Assembly (NCBI GenBank): GCA_964016885.1
Contig: OZ024742.1
Span: forward strand, 231,818,001-231,882,000
Length of the DNA: 64,000 bases
Reading direction: 5' to 3'
Source of the DNA: Eledone cirrhosa
Lineage: Eukaryota
The notes beneath the pieces are model-generated. The model made no database searches, had not been told where the DNA came from, and was given only the letters and a program-made list of their open reading frames with translations. This document shows, in pieces, positions 31,811 to 45,051 of this stretch; the stretch's first letter is position 1, and each line of letters starts with the position of its first letter. The translations under genes were made by a program, and so were the position numbers.

Positions 31811-32780
31811 AGGCTATATTTCTCACGCAAGGAGGGTGGCCGGAGCCTAAAACCCATATTAACATCATACGAGATCTGGATAGCACCCCTGAAGCAACAT
31901 CTTTAAAGGAAAAAAAAATTCAGCAGCCATCTCGCCCAAATTTATGAGCATGAAAATAACATTGTTAGGATAGCTACTGATGTAGAGGACAACATGAAAT
32001 AAAACCTGACTCAAATCTCTCTCTCCGGGAATATTGGAAGACTCTAATTAATGCTCGAACTAATTTTAAAAAATAGACCAGTCCACTGAGAAGTTTCTAG
32101 ATGAATACTTTAGACGAAAACACAGGAGAAAATAAAACATACTAAAAGCCTAACATGGAGTTCCGACAAGGAAACAAGAAAACCCCACAAGTATCTATTG
32201 CACAAAAAAGGAAAGTTATCAACTGACAATAAACGTAGGCTGTGCAAAACAAAAACCGAAGACCTTAGCCCCATTATTACCAAATGTGAAAGAATGTATA
32301 CTGGTTACTACCCGTGAGGTCTGATGTGGCCAACCAGAACAACCTGGAATACACTACAGAAAATGAAAATAAAGACAAATAGGGAGGAATATGAGATTCA
32401 TGGTTCAAAGGAATATAGCTGGAACATAAAGATAAAGACCACCACCAAATTAAAACACAACCGGCCTGATATTGTTGTTTGGAACCATACATTACAACCA
32501 CGCTCTGTTGTAGAAGTCAGCTGTCTATCCAATGTCAATGTAGTAAGAAAAATACAAAAGAGAGAGTATACCTACGGAAGAGTTTGCAAATCCAGTACCC
32601 AAGATGCACGTCCAGCTTCATACATTATTATTGAAGATACAGGATATATACCAACCAACTAAATATTGACTGAACTTTGAATTGTGGAGAAAGAACACAG
32701 TTTCTTAATTCATAAGCTATCAATGTCAACGATATCTGGAACCTTTAAAATCTGTAAAACATTACGATTTAAAGGATAAA
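31810..32780 (+). mobile_element. R4/NeSL-like REL-type LINE fragment
   Basis: RLYFSRKEGGR, zinc-knuckle remnant RLCKTKTEDL, KHNRPDIVV..VVEVSC. Confidence 0.65.
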
Positions 32781-32854
32781 CGGGTGTACAATGGACGATA
32801 GAAATTTAGAGAAAGAGAACCGAACGTACGTACATACATACACACACATACATA

Positions 32855-33123
32855 CAGGGGCCTCGTTTGCCTTAAAAATGTGAGGGGGACAAACCAACAT
32901 TTGTTGATTCTTAAAGGAGCATAAATTGCTTATGACATAAGTAAAATTTTACGCTAATTAAATTTTATATATTCAAATGAAGTTCAGATATAAAAAAAAA
33001 ATAAGCTTAAAAAGAATTTATTATATCAAATAAACAAAAAATAAAATATAGACGTTTGAAAAAGTGTGTGTGTGTGGGGGGGGGGGACTTGTCCCTTGGT
33101 ACACCCCTGAAACAAAGCCCTTG
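32855..33123. mobile_element. hAT-like MITE
   Basis: Imperfect TIR caggggcctcgttt / aaacaaagcccttg; flanking 8-mer catacata on both sides (within a TACA repeat, so the TSD is weak evidence). Confidence 0.55.
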
Positions 33124-33771
33124 CATACATACATACATATATACATGGATACATACATACATTCGAAAGAAATGTTTACCCTTGGTGTTCTCTTTTCACT
33201 TACTGACATGGCCACCAAGAAGTAGATAAATTCTCTGGAAGCTAGGTTTTACGGCACCATTCCTAGGGAGGAGAAGATATTCTTGGGACATCCGTTATCT
33301 ATCAAAAATAACTAACCGTCATTATAAATAGGTTGCACACTGGTCATAACTCACTCAGTCATCTGCCTCTTCTCCTAGACAACATAGATTCCTTGCCACT
33401 GCGCTTGTACAACACATCACAATAATAGCGTTACTACTACCTCTTCTCGTATATACTATCTGACTACAACTTGTCACTTTTAAGGAGGACACCGCACGGT
33501 AAACAAGACGGTCCTCGCACAACACAGAAGCCTTATTGAACACTATATTCATTTGTGAATACTACAATCAAACTTTATATTTACGATTCGAAGTAAACAT
33601 TTTTCTTTTTCCTTTTTGCTCAAGTGTAGTAAAATCAAGTGAGAGTGAGAAAAAGAGAGAGCGAGAAGGGAGAGAGAGTAAGAGCTATAAAATAAAATCA
33701 GATGTAAGATTGAACGAAAAAAAGTCAGAGAAAAACATGTATGTATGTATGTATGCGTGTATGTATGTGCA

Positions 33772-34277
33772 CGTCAGGTCGCTCTCAAGTGCTACTGGTA
33801 ACATGTAACCCAGTACAACCTGTCTCATGGTCGGGTCGTCGGCGACGAAGCCGGCAACCCCAAGAAGCTTACTTGGTGAGGAGGGTGATATTTGGACACC
33901 CTGCGGGATGAAATAAAAGACCTGGCATGGCAAAGGGCAGAGGAACTCAGCAGCATCAATGGCCATCCAAATAGTACCTTTTTTTTTCACCTGGGAGTGA
34001 AACCCAAGTTGTTGTCAAAACACCTTTCTAAGAGAGGGAAACTCCCCAAAAATAAACACCTGCGGCTTCGGAAACATCGGGTAGTGTTTTCGATACTCAG
34101 AGTGTGGGATTGGTCGAGTGCAAGGCGTTTTACCACTTAAATAACCTTCAAATCACAAGCATTGCTTGTTCACGATATGTTACAGGTTCGTGTGGCTGAC
34201 CGTAGCCTAAAGGTGCCCCATTTTCCGTAATATGACAAGTGATTGCAATACTCTTTGCAGAGTTTGCAACCACCATG
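33772..34277 (+). mobile_element. Interspersed repeat family B, embedded in (TATG)n
   Basis: Homologous to 60968-61430 (-) and 62245-62853 (+); shared ends GTCAGGTC...CCACCAT. Confidence 0.7.
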
Positions 34278-35273
34278 TGTGTGCACACGTGTGTATGTGT
34301 GTGGGATATCTATATATTAGAAAGTTCAAATTATAAAAATGTGTTAAATATTTTCGGGAGAATGCATAAATAACATAAATGACGATGTAATAAATATAGA
34401 AAGTGTTTCATTGTAAAATAATCACTCCACTTTATCTACGTAGAATTTGAAGTTGGATGAAAATCATCAAAATATTGATCCTGAATATAAGACGACCATA
34501 TTTTACCATCGATATTTTTTAAATCACATAATTATCGAACTTATATTCGGATATATACAGTACATACAGTATATGTGTGTGCATGTCTGTGTGTGCTCAC
34601 ATGCTATCATATTGACTTGAAGCAAATTATCCCACTTCTGATAACATAAATATTTAGCGAATTGGCATTCAGGTTCAAACACAAAGCTCCTTTCCCTCAT
34701 CTCGGAAACAGGTGGAAAAATAATAGCGTCTATATATAGGCTAGCGGGAAAGGGTTTAGAGAGAGATAGGAAACGTCCAAGATGGAGAAGCCTAGCCGCT
34801 GGCTAGTTGCCAAGACTGCCAATCTGACATTTTCTGTCATCACTCCCTTCTCTCTTTCTTTCTTTATTTTTTATTTCTTTATTTCTCTCTCTCTTGCGCA
34901 TGCTGCACCTAATTTCACCCCCCCCCCTCCCTTGCGTTGCCCTTCTCCCTCTCTCTTCTTATCTCTAGCTCTGCCCGCTCTCTTTCCCACTCGTGCCCGC
35001 TCTCTCTCTCTCTCACTCTCTCTCTCTCTTTCTCTCTGATGCTCCCCCTCCAACCGCTTTCTCTCCCTCTTCCTTTCTCGCTTGCGCGCTCTAGTCTGAG
35101 TCAACATACGTACACACTTACATATCCTATACATACACACTATTTCATGAAAACTTTCTCACGCAAACAGTTAGTACCCTTGTATTGTTATTGCGTAGCT
35201 TCTTAAAACTATTATCTGATGGCTTTAATGACTTCAACATTCTTTGTAAACTGGCAAAGTTATATATCAGATA

Positions 35274-35336
<63 letters not shown>

Positions 35337-35338
<2 letters not shown>

Positions 35339-35738
35339 GTAGGAGGTGAGTTTTATTGTAGTACAATAAAGCAATGCAAATATCGGATAAGAAGCACTCT
35401 ACAGTTTGTAGGACTGGAGTATGCATAATATAAGAGCAAAAGATGGTTAAAGGAGTTCCATGTATTTTATTATGCGCATTTCAAAAACAAACATCATCAT
35501 GCAATAATATTTGTGTTTTCATCAGATAAAACAGGAGAACATGATATGAAGGCTAAAAAACACTTGTGGATAGTGCAGTTTTAAATTGTGCACTATCCAC
35601 AAGTGTTTTTTAGCCTTCATATCATGTTCTCCTGTTTTATCTGATGAAAACACAAATATTATTGCATGATGATGTTTGTTTTTGAAATGCGCATAATAAA
35701 ATACATGGAACTCCTTTAACCATCTTTTGATCTTATAT

Positions 35739-35741
<3 letters not shown>
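35337..35741. repeat. Fold-back element: 153 bp arms (35425-35577 / 35589-35741) plus left tail 35337-35424
   Basis: Near-perfect palindrome with an 11 nt spacer, between (TA)n tracts. Confidence 0.95.
35633..35703 (+). ncRNA. Type I hammerhead ribozyme (mirror copy on the minus strand at ~35463-35533)
   Basis: Stem I UGUUUUAU/AUAAAAUA; CUGAUGA; stem II AAACACAAAU...GUUUGUUUUU; GAAA; palindromic stem III AUGCGCAU; AUA site. Confidence 0.8.
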
Positions 35742-35810
<69 letters not shown>

Positions 35811-35813
35811 ATA

Positions 35814-35898
<85 letters not shown>

Positions 35899-35901
35899 AT
35901 A

Positions 35902-35936
<35 letters not shown>

Positions 35937-35939
<3 letters not shown>

Positions 35940-37258
35940 CGTTTCTGAATTTGTTTAGCAAGATTCTTTATCTGAAAACGTGTGTTGAAACCGATATTGT
36001 TATACTTTGGGAGGGTCATGTTGCCAATAAGAAAGACACGCACCAGTTGCTTTCACTCCAATTTATTATAAATTAAATTATAAATTTAAAAAATTTATAA
36101 AATCCGGTTTGTTGGTTGGTTCCACAACCGGACGGTTGTTCATATATTGTCAAAGTTCTTTCGTCACACATTCTGTGACCTCTTCAGTAACTGGGGATTC
36201 TTTTCTTTGTTTTGTGCCTCTCCTTTGTTCTGTCCTACGCCATCTTGTTTGTGTGTGTGTTGTGTGCTTAGTTTGCGCATGTGTTACACCCGGGTGTCTG
36301 TGTGTGTTTTTATTTGTTTATTTATTTGTTTATTTACATGTTACTGGTTGGTTATTTGTTCTATGTGTGTGTGTTTTCATTTTGTCCTTTGTAAGTTGTG
36401 ATGTTGCTATTCCATTCATGTTTTCTATTTAATTTTGGTTGGAGTTCATTTATGTTTATTACCTCTGTGATTTGTCTAAACATTGCGTCTTTTGTGTGTG
36501 TAGATTTTATTTTTATTTCAATGTTCTCTAATTTGCCCTTATGTTCTATTTTAGCATTTTGGTGGAGTACTGATGACTCTTTTCTATCTTGAAGCTCTCG
36601 CCAGTGTTCATTTAATCGTTCTCCTATACTACGAGCTGTCTCACCTATGTACACTATATTCTTATCTTTACATTGTCCTTCAGTACATCTTATGCTATAT
36701 ACTATGTTTCTAGTTTTGCAGTTAATATGGGGGCTTAGTTTACAGATTATGCATTTCTAATCTAACAGGGAGGTCTTTGAAAAGGGTATGTATTACTAAT
36801 AAGTGTTTTTATGGAGGTACCTGGTCTTTCTACTATCTTAATATTTAGTTTAAGTTTATCTAGGGCCCTTCTAAATTTGTAAGCTAATTCACCTCTAGTC
36901 CTATACAAGGGGCAGGTCCCATTTGTATCATTATTTACCATTTTTTCCCATTTGGTTCTGGCTCCTCTATATACTCTGATTTTATCTCTCTGATTGTAAC
37001 CAGAGAACTGCATACGGTGGATGAAGTGTTGTATGTGTCTCTCTAGTTCTTTGGGTTGCACATGCGGGACACGTTTCTCATCACCCGTACTAAATCCGCA
37101 ATCAGTATATTGATTTTGGTGTGATCCGAAACAGTTATGGAACCAACCAACACCGGAAATTTATAAATTTTTTAAATTTATAATTTAATTTATAATAAAT
37201 TCGAGTGAAAGCAACTGGTGCGTGTGTTTCTTATTGGCAACATGACCCTCCCAAAATA

Positions 37259-37266
<8 letters not shown>
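35937..37266 (-). mobile_element. 5'-truncated PLE with inverted pLTR (35998-36124 / 37138-37266)
   Basis: Thumb RMQFSGY, GIY-YIG IVYSIRC...VYIGETARSIGERLNEH; ~130 bp inverted repeat; ~60 bp tail on the left; (TA)n flanks. Confidence 0.85.
36149..36191 (-). ncRNA. Minimal type I hammerhead motif
   Basis: GUUA-CUGAAGA-G-GUCACA-gaaug-UGUGAC-GAAA-GAAC-UU-UGAC. Confidence 0.6.
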
Positions 37267-37337
<71 letters not shown>

Positions 37338-37424
37338 GTATGTATATATATGTATATATATACACACATATATATATATATATACATATATATATATGTA
37401 CACACACACATATATATATATACG

Positions 37425-37489
<65 letters not shown>

Positions 37490-37610
37490 ATGTGTGTGTG
37501 TGTGTGTGTATATATATATAGTGTAGTAGAAGTTTGGAAGAAATATCCAAGGCTAAGAGCACTCGGTCTATAGGACGAGTTAAGTTCAATTAGTTATAAC
37601 AGTCACACAT

Positions 37611-37661
37611 ACAGGTACTTAAGTTTCGTTGGGTTATACACCCCCAACTCATTCAGCCTGT
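37611..37661 (-). ncRNA. Type I hammerhead ribozyme with a one-base core insertion
   Basis: ACAGG-CUGAAUGA-GUUGGG-gguguauaa-CCCAAC-GAAA-CUUAAG-UA-CCUGU; all stems pair perfectly. Confidence 0.8.
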
Positions 37662-38029
37662 TATATAAAATAAAAATGGCTACCTCCACGGGTTGATTTG
37701 AGGTTTTTTTTTTTAATACACGAGAGTTCTTCAAGGGCAGGTAATTTCGAATTTAGCTATAAACAAACAAATCTTTTAGATAATGTAAAGGGAGGTAACT
37801 ACAAAAAGGGAAGGGGGAACTTATGCAAACTTAGTTATTTAAACAAATTAAATTCCTTGAAATTAAAATCAGTTTGTCTGCTCTATACCATTTTCCTAGA
37901 ATGAATTTCGCTTCGTGTGGTCAGTTAGTAAAGCAGTCAAGGCGGGTATTTAAACAGTGTTTCTCTGAAGTTAGTTGTGAGAGTATATTCCACTTTCCTG
38001 AGTTACATAGCCGGCAAAATTTTGTCCTT

Positions 38030-38452
38030 CTAGATCTTCACTACCCTGTAGGCCATAAATACCGACAGATATTCAATCGCCATACAGTGAAAATAGGCTA
38101 CTCTTGTACCAATAACATTAAAGACCACATCACTGGCAAACACAAAAGCCCTTCACCTTACGGATGCTCATGCATAAGGCCAGAGACATGCCCACTGGAT
38201 CAACAGTGCAACACTCCAGCGGTGATAAATCAAACAGAAGTGACCTCCACTAACCAGAACCACCAAACTGAACCCTGGACTTATGTCGGAATGTCCGAAA
38301 GCCGGTTCAAAAGCCGGTACCTAAACCATGAAACAACCTTCAGACATCCTGACAAAAAATATGCCACCCAGCTCGCGAACCATATGTGGAACCTCAAAAA
38401 GAACGACACGCTATTTTCAATTAAATGGAGTATATTAGAAATATCCACTTGA
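38030..38452 (+). mobile_element. PLE GIY-YIG fragment (Naiad/Nematis-like)
   Basis: HKYRQIFNRHTVKIGYSC, CSC-x5-CPL-x3-C, YVGMSESRFKSRY..H. Confidence 0.8.
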
Positions 38453-39408
38453 ATATATATATAGCATATATATATATAGCATAAATAAAGTTTCATACAA
38501 TTAATATGTATGCGCGACCTTAGGTTTTGGCGTCCAGTTATGCCCACCACTGTATAGTGGAGGAGACGCTTCAAAATTTGCCTTTCATCGGGCGCTTGGA
38601 CAAAATTACGAAAAAGACCCCTTAGCCGACTGTATTTGATTTTAAACAGCAGAGAATCGCTTTTCGGGAACAAGGGAGGTAATTCCGGAGTTTTGAATTT
38701 CTCCGCCTTAATTTATAAGCTAATCTGTGTATAAAATACATGTGACTTGGGTTGTGTGATTAATTATCTAAAAAAACCTAACCCCTTTGAATGAGATCGT
38801 TACCAACGGAAATCGTAGAATGTTTCCCCCAGAAGGACCAAAAGAGGGATATAAATGTCTGTTTGTAATCTGACGTGTAAGTTATATTGCAAATATTTAA
38901 GTATCTTCTAATATCTTCCCAATAATTAAAATCTGAATATGCAAAAGAAAACTTTTTAAATGTTGTTTGTATGTGTGTTCGTTGGGATGCAAAGTAATGC
39001 TAAAACCTCTTTCAGCAGACTCTTATTTAATGTCCTTGTGTATGTGGATGTGATATGTTTCATTTTTTTTTTTTTGTGTGTAGATAGGTGAGGAAGAGGA
39101 ATAGTATCATGGAGGATCCAGCAGGCCTGGTGGAGGGACATCTTGTGGTGTGAGCTTTCAGTTGGACAAGAGATGGGCATGACCAGCTTGATTGTGACCT
39201 GACCTCTACGCTGGCCTCTGTCTTTGACGGGGTGGTAGTAGTACACTATAAGCCTATGCCCCTTCACCAGATGGACATAAGTAGGCTTAATAATCACCAC
39301 TTGAGGGCGGCCGACCAGAGTAGAAGCTGCTAAATGTTCGGTCGCTCTCATGTCTCTGATTTTCAGCCCCATGGATTCTGTCTATTATATTCCTTTGTTA
39401 TTTTTCGA

Positions 39409-39466
39409 ATACCTGATGATGTCACCGGATTCATACTGAACCAGGTCATTGAAATGATCATAGTAT
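39409..39466 (+). ncRNA. Type I hammerhead ribozyme
   Basis: AUAC-CUGAUGA-stem II (ugucaccggauuca-uac-ugaaccaggucauu)-GAAA-UGAUCA-UA-GUAU; ~50 bp tail then (TA)n. Confidence 0.75.
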
Positions 39467-39511
39467 AATAAATCTTTTAAGGAATTACACCAGTCCAGCC
39501 TCCTGTTATTT

Positions 39512-39584
<73 letters not shown>

Positions 39585-39759
39585 CGAGGTTATAGGGAAT
39601 ATACCTAACAATCCCATTTGCTCACAATTATTCAATGAGATAGGGTTTGAACGTGTATCGAGCAAATTTTTTCTCTGAGTATAACCAAGTGTATATTCGC
39701 AATGTGGTAGTTGCAATTGCTTGTCCGGGCCCCAGGGTTCCTAAATAAGAACAAGTTCT

Positions 39760-40800
39760 AAATAAGCTTGGCTTAGAAATAACTCTCACGCAGATCGCCT
39801 CCGTGAACTCGATTCCACTATCCGACGCTGCACGGAACTCATCTGCAATGTTCGTTTCTACAGCACCGGCTGGCAACAGGTGAAGCTCCCGGTGAGGTTC
39901 GGTGGCCTTGGCCTTCGATCCGCATCGAATCTGGCTCTGCTGACCTATCTCTCCTCTATCTCATCCAGCCACACCCTCATCAGCTTTGGCCGACTGAACC
40001 GGTGAAGGCTTTTCCGTCCCCCAGTTTACATGTCCAGCGTAACTGGGACGACATCGAGTGCAGATCTACTTCAGGTGGATCGAGTCTGGCTTGGACCACC
40101 ACCACCTCACCTGCCTCCGTTTCGCTTCGCAGCCAAACAACGGCGCGTGACTCAATTCGGTGCCCTCCTCATCAACCGGTACCCTTCTTGATAACTTGTA
40201 CACTCGCATCTGAGTGATCCAGCGCCTCGGACTCTGCACGTATGAATCACATAAATACCATTGTAGAGGTGTCGTCGATGGGCTCGGCCTGCACCCATAG
40301 TCGTGCCGCGAGAGCGCAGACCGGTTTCCCCGGCACGTCGCTCTAAACTACATAATGAGACTGAGCCTGGACGCAGCCGGCTTCTCATCACAGCAGTATT
40401 CAGCAGCCCTCGACGGTGGAGACGGGAAGCGCCCCGATGGAATTACCCTCTTCCCATTCGAAAGAGGCAAACCTTTCATCTAGGACACGACATGCTGTAA
40501 CACATTCTCCACCTCCAACTTAGTCGCTTCGGCCACAAACCCCGGTACCATGGCCCGCGATGCAGAGGACAGGAAGACAAGTAAATACCAGGGCTTGTCT
40601 GGCTTCCTCTTTGCACTGGTCACCGTCGAGACCTCAAACGTCCTCGGACCCTGGACAGCTGACCTCCGCCGTAAAATTGGATCAATAGCAGCCCGTCTGA
40701 GGTAGGAGTTCCACGAGGTGGGGTGGCTGTTGCAGAAGGTGTCGCTAGTCATTGTCCAGGAAAATGCATTTGGTATCTTGTCTGTGGGGGAGCAGCTGAA
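39760..40800 (+). mobile_element. CRE-like LINE fragment (degraded)
   Basis: QVKLPVRFGGLGLRS; DTTCCNTF...KTSKYQGL...TVETSNVLGPW; LQKVSLVIVQENA. Confidence 0.75.
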
Positions 40801-41077
40801 ATACCGCTCTGACCTAAGTGTAAAGTCTGTCACCTTCTCCCTACCCCCTTTCTTTCTCCTTTTGTCTAATAGTCCTTGCTTTTCCTCTCATTTATAGCAT
40901 TTATAGTTCTTTCTAATACTGCTTTCTTTCTCTGTACATTTTATTGAACAAAATTTCATATCTGTCAAATAAATGCCTGTGTTTGAGAGTATATATATAT
41001 ATATATATACAATATATAGAGAAACACACAGATACATGCGGACACATACATACACATGAATATATCCACATATATCC

Positions 41078-41730
41078 CTGAGTTAGTGGTACCAACCTCA
41101 ACCGATGTTGCTCTATGAATAACTGGGACAAACCAATCCGAATGGATTAGACTGATTCAGTATCAGAGCTATATAATACATTATGAAGAGAGAAGAAACA
41201 TTAGATATAATTAGTAATAAGATATATCATACCCAAACTGCTTCTATAGTCCCCGACTACGTAGTTTCGTGGCATATTATGCAAAAACACTACATCATAG
41301 AGATATAGAGTTTTTGTGAGGTTGCCGACTTATCGAGAGGATACCTCATTAAGGGTTTCAAAACACGTCTGTGATGCGCGAGATAGAATCTCGAAAAGGC
41401 GGAGAGGGAGTCAATCACGTGATACAGCGGTCAAGAAACAGAGCTAAGCCCCTTATAACCCTAAAAAAAATACCACGGAGGCGGAGGGGGTATTTATATC
41501 AAAGCCGTAGTTCGAGATTCTATCTCGCGCATCACAGACGTGTTTTGAAACCCTTAATGAGGTATCCTCTTGATAAGTCGGCAGACCTCATAAAAACTCT
41601 ATATCTCTATGATGTAGTGTTTTTGCATAATATGCCACGAAACTACGTAGTCGGGGACTATAGAAGCAGTTTGGGTATGATATATCTTATTACTAATTAT
41701 ATCTAATGTTTTTCTTCTCTCTTCATAATG

Positions 41731-41738
<8 letters not shown>
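41078..41738. repeat. Fold-back element: arms 41171-41395 / 41511-41738, left tail ~41078-41170, degenerate HHR at 41551-41656
   Basis: ~225 bp inverted repeat; CCC-UUAAUGA...GAAA-CUACGUAG-UC-GGGG. Confidence 0.85.
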
Positions 41739-41790
<52 letters not shown>

Positions 41791-41793
<3 letters not shown>

Positions 41794-41976
41794 AGTAAGT
41801 AAGACCCCGACGGCTGAGCTCAAGCCGTTTCGACGGTTAATTCTGACAGAATTAGCCGTCGAAACGGCTTGAGCTCAGCCGTCGGGGTCTTACTTACTCC
41901 TATTACCCACTCTACTACCCTAAGTATTGAGTACTTTGGTGCGTTATGGTCCACCTGGTTCCTTACCACTTTTCCC

Positions 41977-41979
<3 letters not shown>
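41791..41979 (+). mobile_element. Family A fold-back element (55 bp arms plus ~78 bp tail)
   Basis: Palindrome centred at 41846; copies at 50537, 51029 and 54156. Confidence 0.9.
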
Positions 41980-42045
<66 letters not shown>

Positions 42046-42053
<8 letters not shown>

Positions 42054-42235
42054 AATGGGTTCTGCAGGACCAGAACTGTTTCATTCGGGAGAAATCATCA
42101 GGGCTTTCTGATGATTTCTCCCGAATGAAACAGTTCTAGTCCTGCAGAAGCCATTTCTATATTAGATATTTATACTCGGCTATGTATTGAGTACCTTACT
42201 ACTGTGGTTACCCTCGATTGAATCCGGATTAAACT

Positions 42236-42236
<1 letters not shown>
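42046..42236 (+). mobile_element. Fold-back element (arms 42046-42101 / 42108-42163) with HHR 42102-42152 and ~70 bp tail
   Basis: GGCUUU-CUGAUGA-uuuc-uccc-gaau-GAAA-CAG..CUG-CA-GAAGCC. Confidence 0.8.
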
Positions 42237-42281
<45 letters not shown>

Positions 42282-42298
42282 CATATATATATATATAT

Positions 42299-42561
42299 CA
42301 GGGGCGGTGGAAGCATTTCTGAATTGTGTATGTGGGGGGGGGGGGGGTTTAGTCCATTTAGTTGTAGTGATTAGCTTAGCTCTTTGCACTCTAAATTGTC
42401 CAGAAAACTTCGGTATGTGATAAATATAACATGTACATAAATTGAAACGCATATACAAATAGATGCGTGTTTTGGTAGTTTGGGGGAAAAAATAGAATTA
42501 TTGAGGATGGGGGTGAGGTTAATGGCCCCCTGCCCCCCTCTCCCCATTTCCACCGCTCCTG
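42299..42561. mobile_element. MITE family with CAGGGGCGGTGGAA termini (related copies at ~49770-49850 and 52685-53290)
   Basis: TIR caggggcggtggaa / ttccaccgctcctg; shared internal aaactaccaaaacacatct and cactacaactaaa. Confidence 0.7.
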
Positions 42562-43214
42562 TATATACGCCCTACCACAAAAATAAGCCCTACCGCAATT
42601 TTGCAATAGATAGAAGTATTGGAAGAAATACACTGTAGAAAAAGTTAACTGTATAGTAAACTATGTTGAATACTCCTTCACTACCTATTTAGTTCAATGC
42701 AGACAACGATGTTCTTAAATTTAATTGTTTCTACTTTTGGCACAAGGCCAGCAATTATCCCAGTGTATTACTAGTACTTTATTTTATCGACCCAGTAGGA
42801 TGAAAAGCAAAGTTAAACTCGGCGCGATTTGAACTCTTCGCTGCAAAGCATGGCATCCTTTAAATTTAATGAATGATTCTAGCAAATTTAATGTTTCGTC
42901 GAAATTTATAGGGAGGACAAAAAAAATATAAAATAACGAGGAAAAAAAAGCGGTAAAGTAATCAAACAATAACAAAACAAAAAAATAAAAAGAATGAAAA
43001 TCCGAAAGAATATTTATAAAGGCGGAGGTGGTGATTAGTAAGCTGTTGCGAAACCAAAATATAACTGTAAGAGGATATTTACGAAATTCTGTAAACAACC
43101 ACGTATCACTGGTGTGAATTTGTTGGGTAGGATTTCTTACGATACTGAAAGTTTTCGACGTCACTTCACACATGTCAACTCACGAACAAAGGTAGATAAC
43201 GCACGCATGCACAC

Positions 43215-43749
43215 AGGCGCACTGACAGATACATATACACTCACTCACATACACATACACATACACACATACACACACATACACACATATACATACTCAC
43301 ATACACACATACTCACATACATACACATACAGACACATACACATACACATACACACACATACAGACACATACACACTCACATACACACACATACAGACAC
43401 ATACACACTCACATACAGACACATACACACTCACATACACACACATAGAGACACATACACACTCACTCACTTATACACACATACAGAGACACATATACAT
43501 ACACACTCACATACACACACATACAGACACATGCACATATACACTCACATACACACACATACAGACACACACTCACGCACATACACACAAACATACTCAC
43601 ACACTCACATACCACACACTAGCATATTCACACATACACACATATGCATAAAATCACATATCTCTACACGCATACACACATATACACAAATACACACACA
43701 CACACACAAACACACACACACGCAATCACACACAATACCTACACACCTG

Positions 43750-43784
<35 letters not shown>

Positions 43785-44880
43785 GTACACACACAAACAA
43801 GTAAACAAACTCACACGCACATACACAAACACACACACACACGCACTCACACACAATACCTACACACCTGAACACATGCACGCACACATACACACACACA
43901 CACTTACGTACACACACAAACAAGTAAACAAACTCATACGCACATACACACACACGCACTCACACACAATACCTACACACCTGAACACATGCACGCACAC
44001 ATACACATACACACACGTACACACACAAACAAGTAAACAAACTCACGCACATACACAAACACACACGCACTCACACACAATACCTACACACCTGAACACA
44101 TGTACGCACACATACACACACACACACGTACACACACAAACAAATAAACAAACTCACGCACATACACAAACACACACGCACTCACACACAATACCTACAC
44201 ACCTGAACACATGTACGCACACATACACACACACACACGTACACACACAAACAAGTAAACAAACTCACGCACATACACACACACACACGCACTCACACAC
44301 AATACCTACACACCTGAACACATGTACGCACACATACACACACACACACGTACACACACAAACAAGTAAACAAACTCACGCACATACACAAACACACACA
44401 CACGCACATACAATACCTACACACCTGAACACATGCACGCACACATACACATACACACGCTCACGTACACACACACACAAACAAGTAAACAAACTCACAC
44501 GCACATACACAAACTCACACGCACATACAGAAACACACACACACACATACACACACACGCACTCACACACAATACCTACACACCTGAACACATGCACGCA
44601 CACATACACACGCTCACGTACACACACACAAACAAGTAAACAAACTCACACGCACATACACAAACACACACGCACATACACACACACACGCAGGCGCGCG
44701 CACACACACAATACCTACACACCTGAACACATGCATGCACACATACACATACACACGCTCACGTACACACACACAAACAAGTAAACAAACTCACACGCAC
44801 TCACACACAATACCTACTCACCTGAACACATGCACGCACACATACACATACACACACGCACACATACACACATAAACGCT
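43215..44880. repeat. CA-rich compound satellite including ~10 copies of a ~111-120 bp unit (43720-44860)
   Basis: Recurring aatacctacacacctgaacac and aaacaagtaaacaaactc. Confidence 0.92.
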
Positions 44881-45051
44881 GACACATTCAAATTCTTGTT
44901 CTTTTTTATATCACTTGTAAATGAGTTCTTTTTATGTCTTCTTCGTCCTGGCTTCTACGTAGAGCTTACTTAACTGCAAATTAAGATCAATTTACAAATG
45001 TGTATGTAAAGATGCACTAGTCAAGAGCTGGGAGTAAACAGCTAAAAGTCG

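Noticed and set aside
43114-44784. 556 aa His/Thr-rich ORF
   Set aside because: Translation of a CA-rich satellite that lacks stop codons; no domain evidence.
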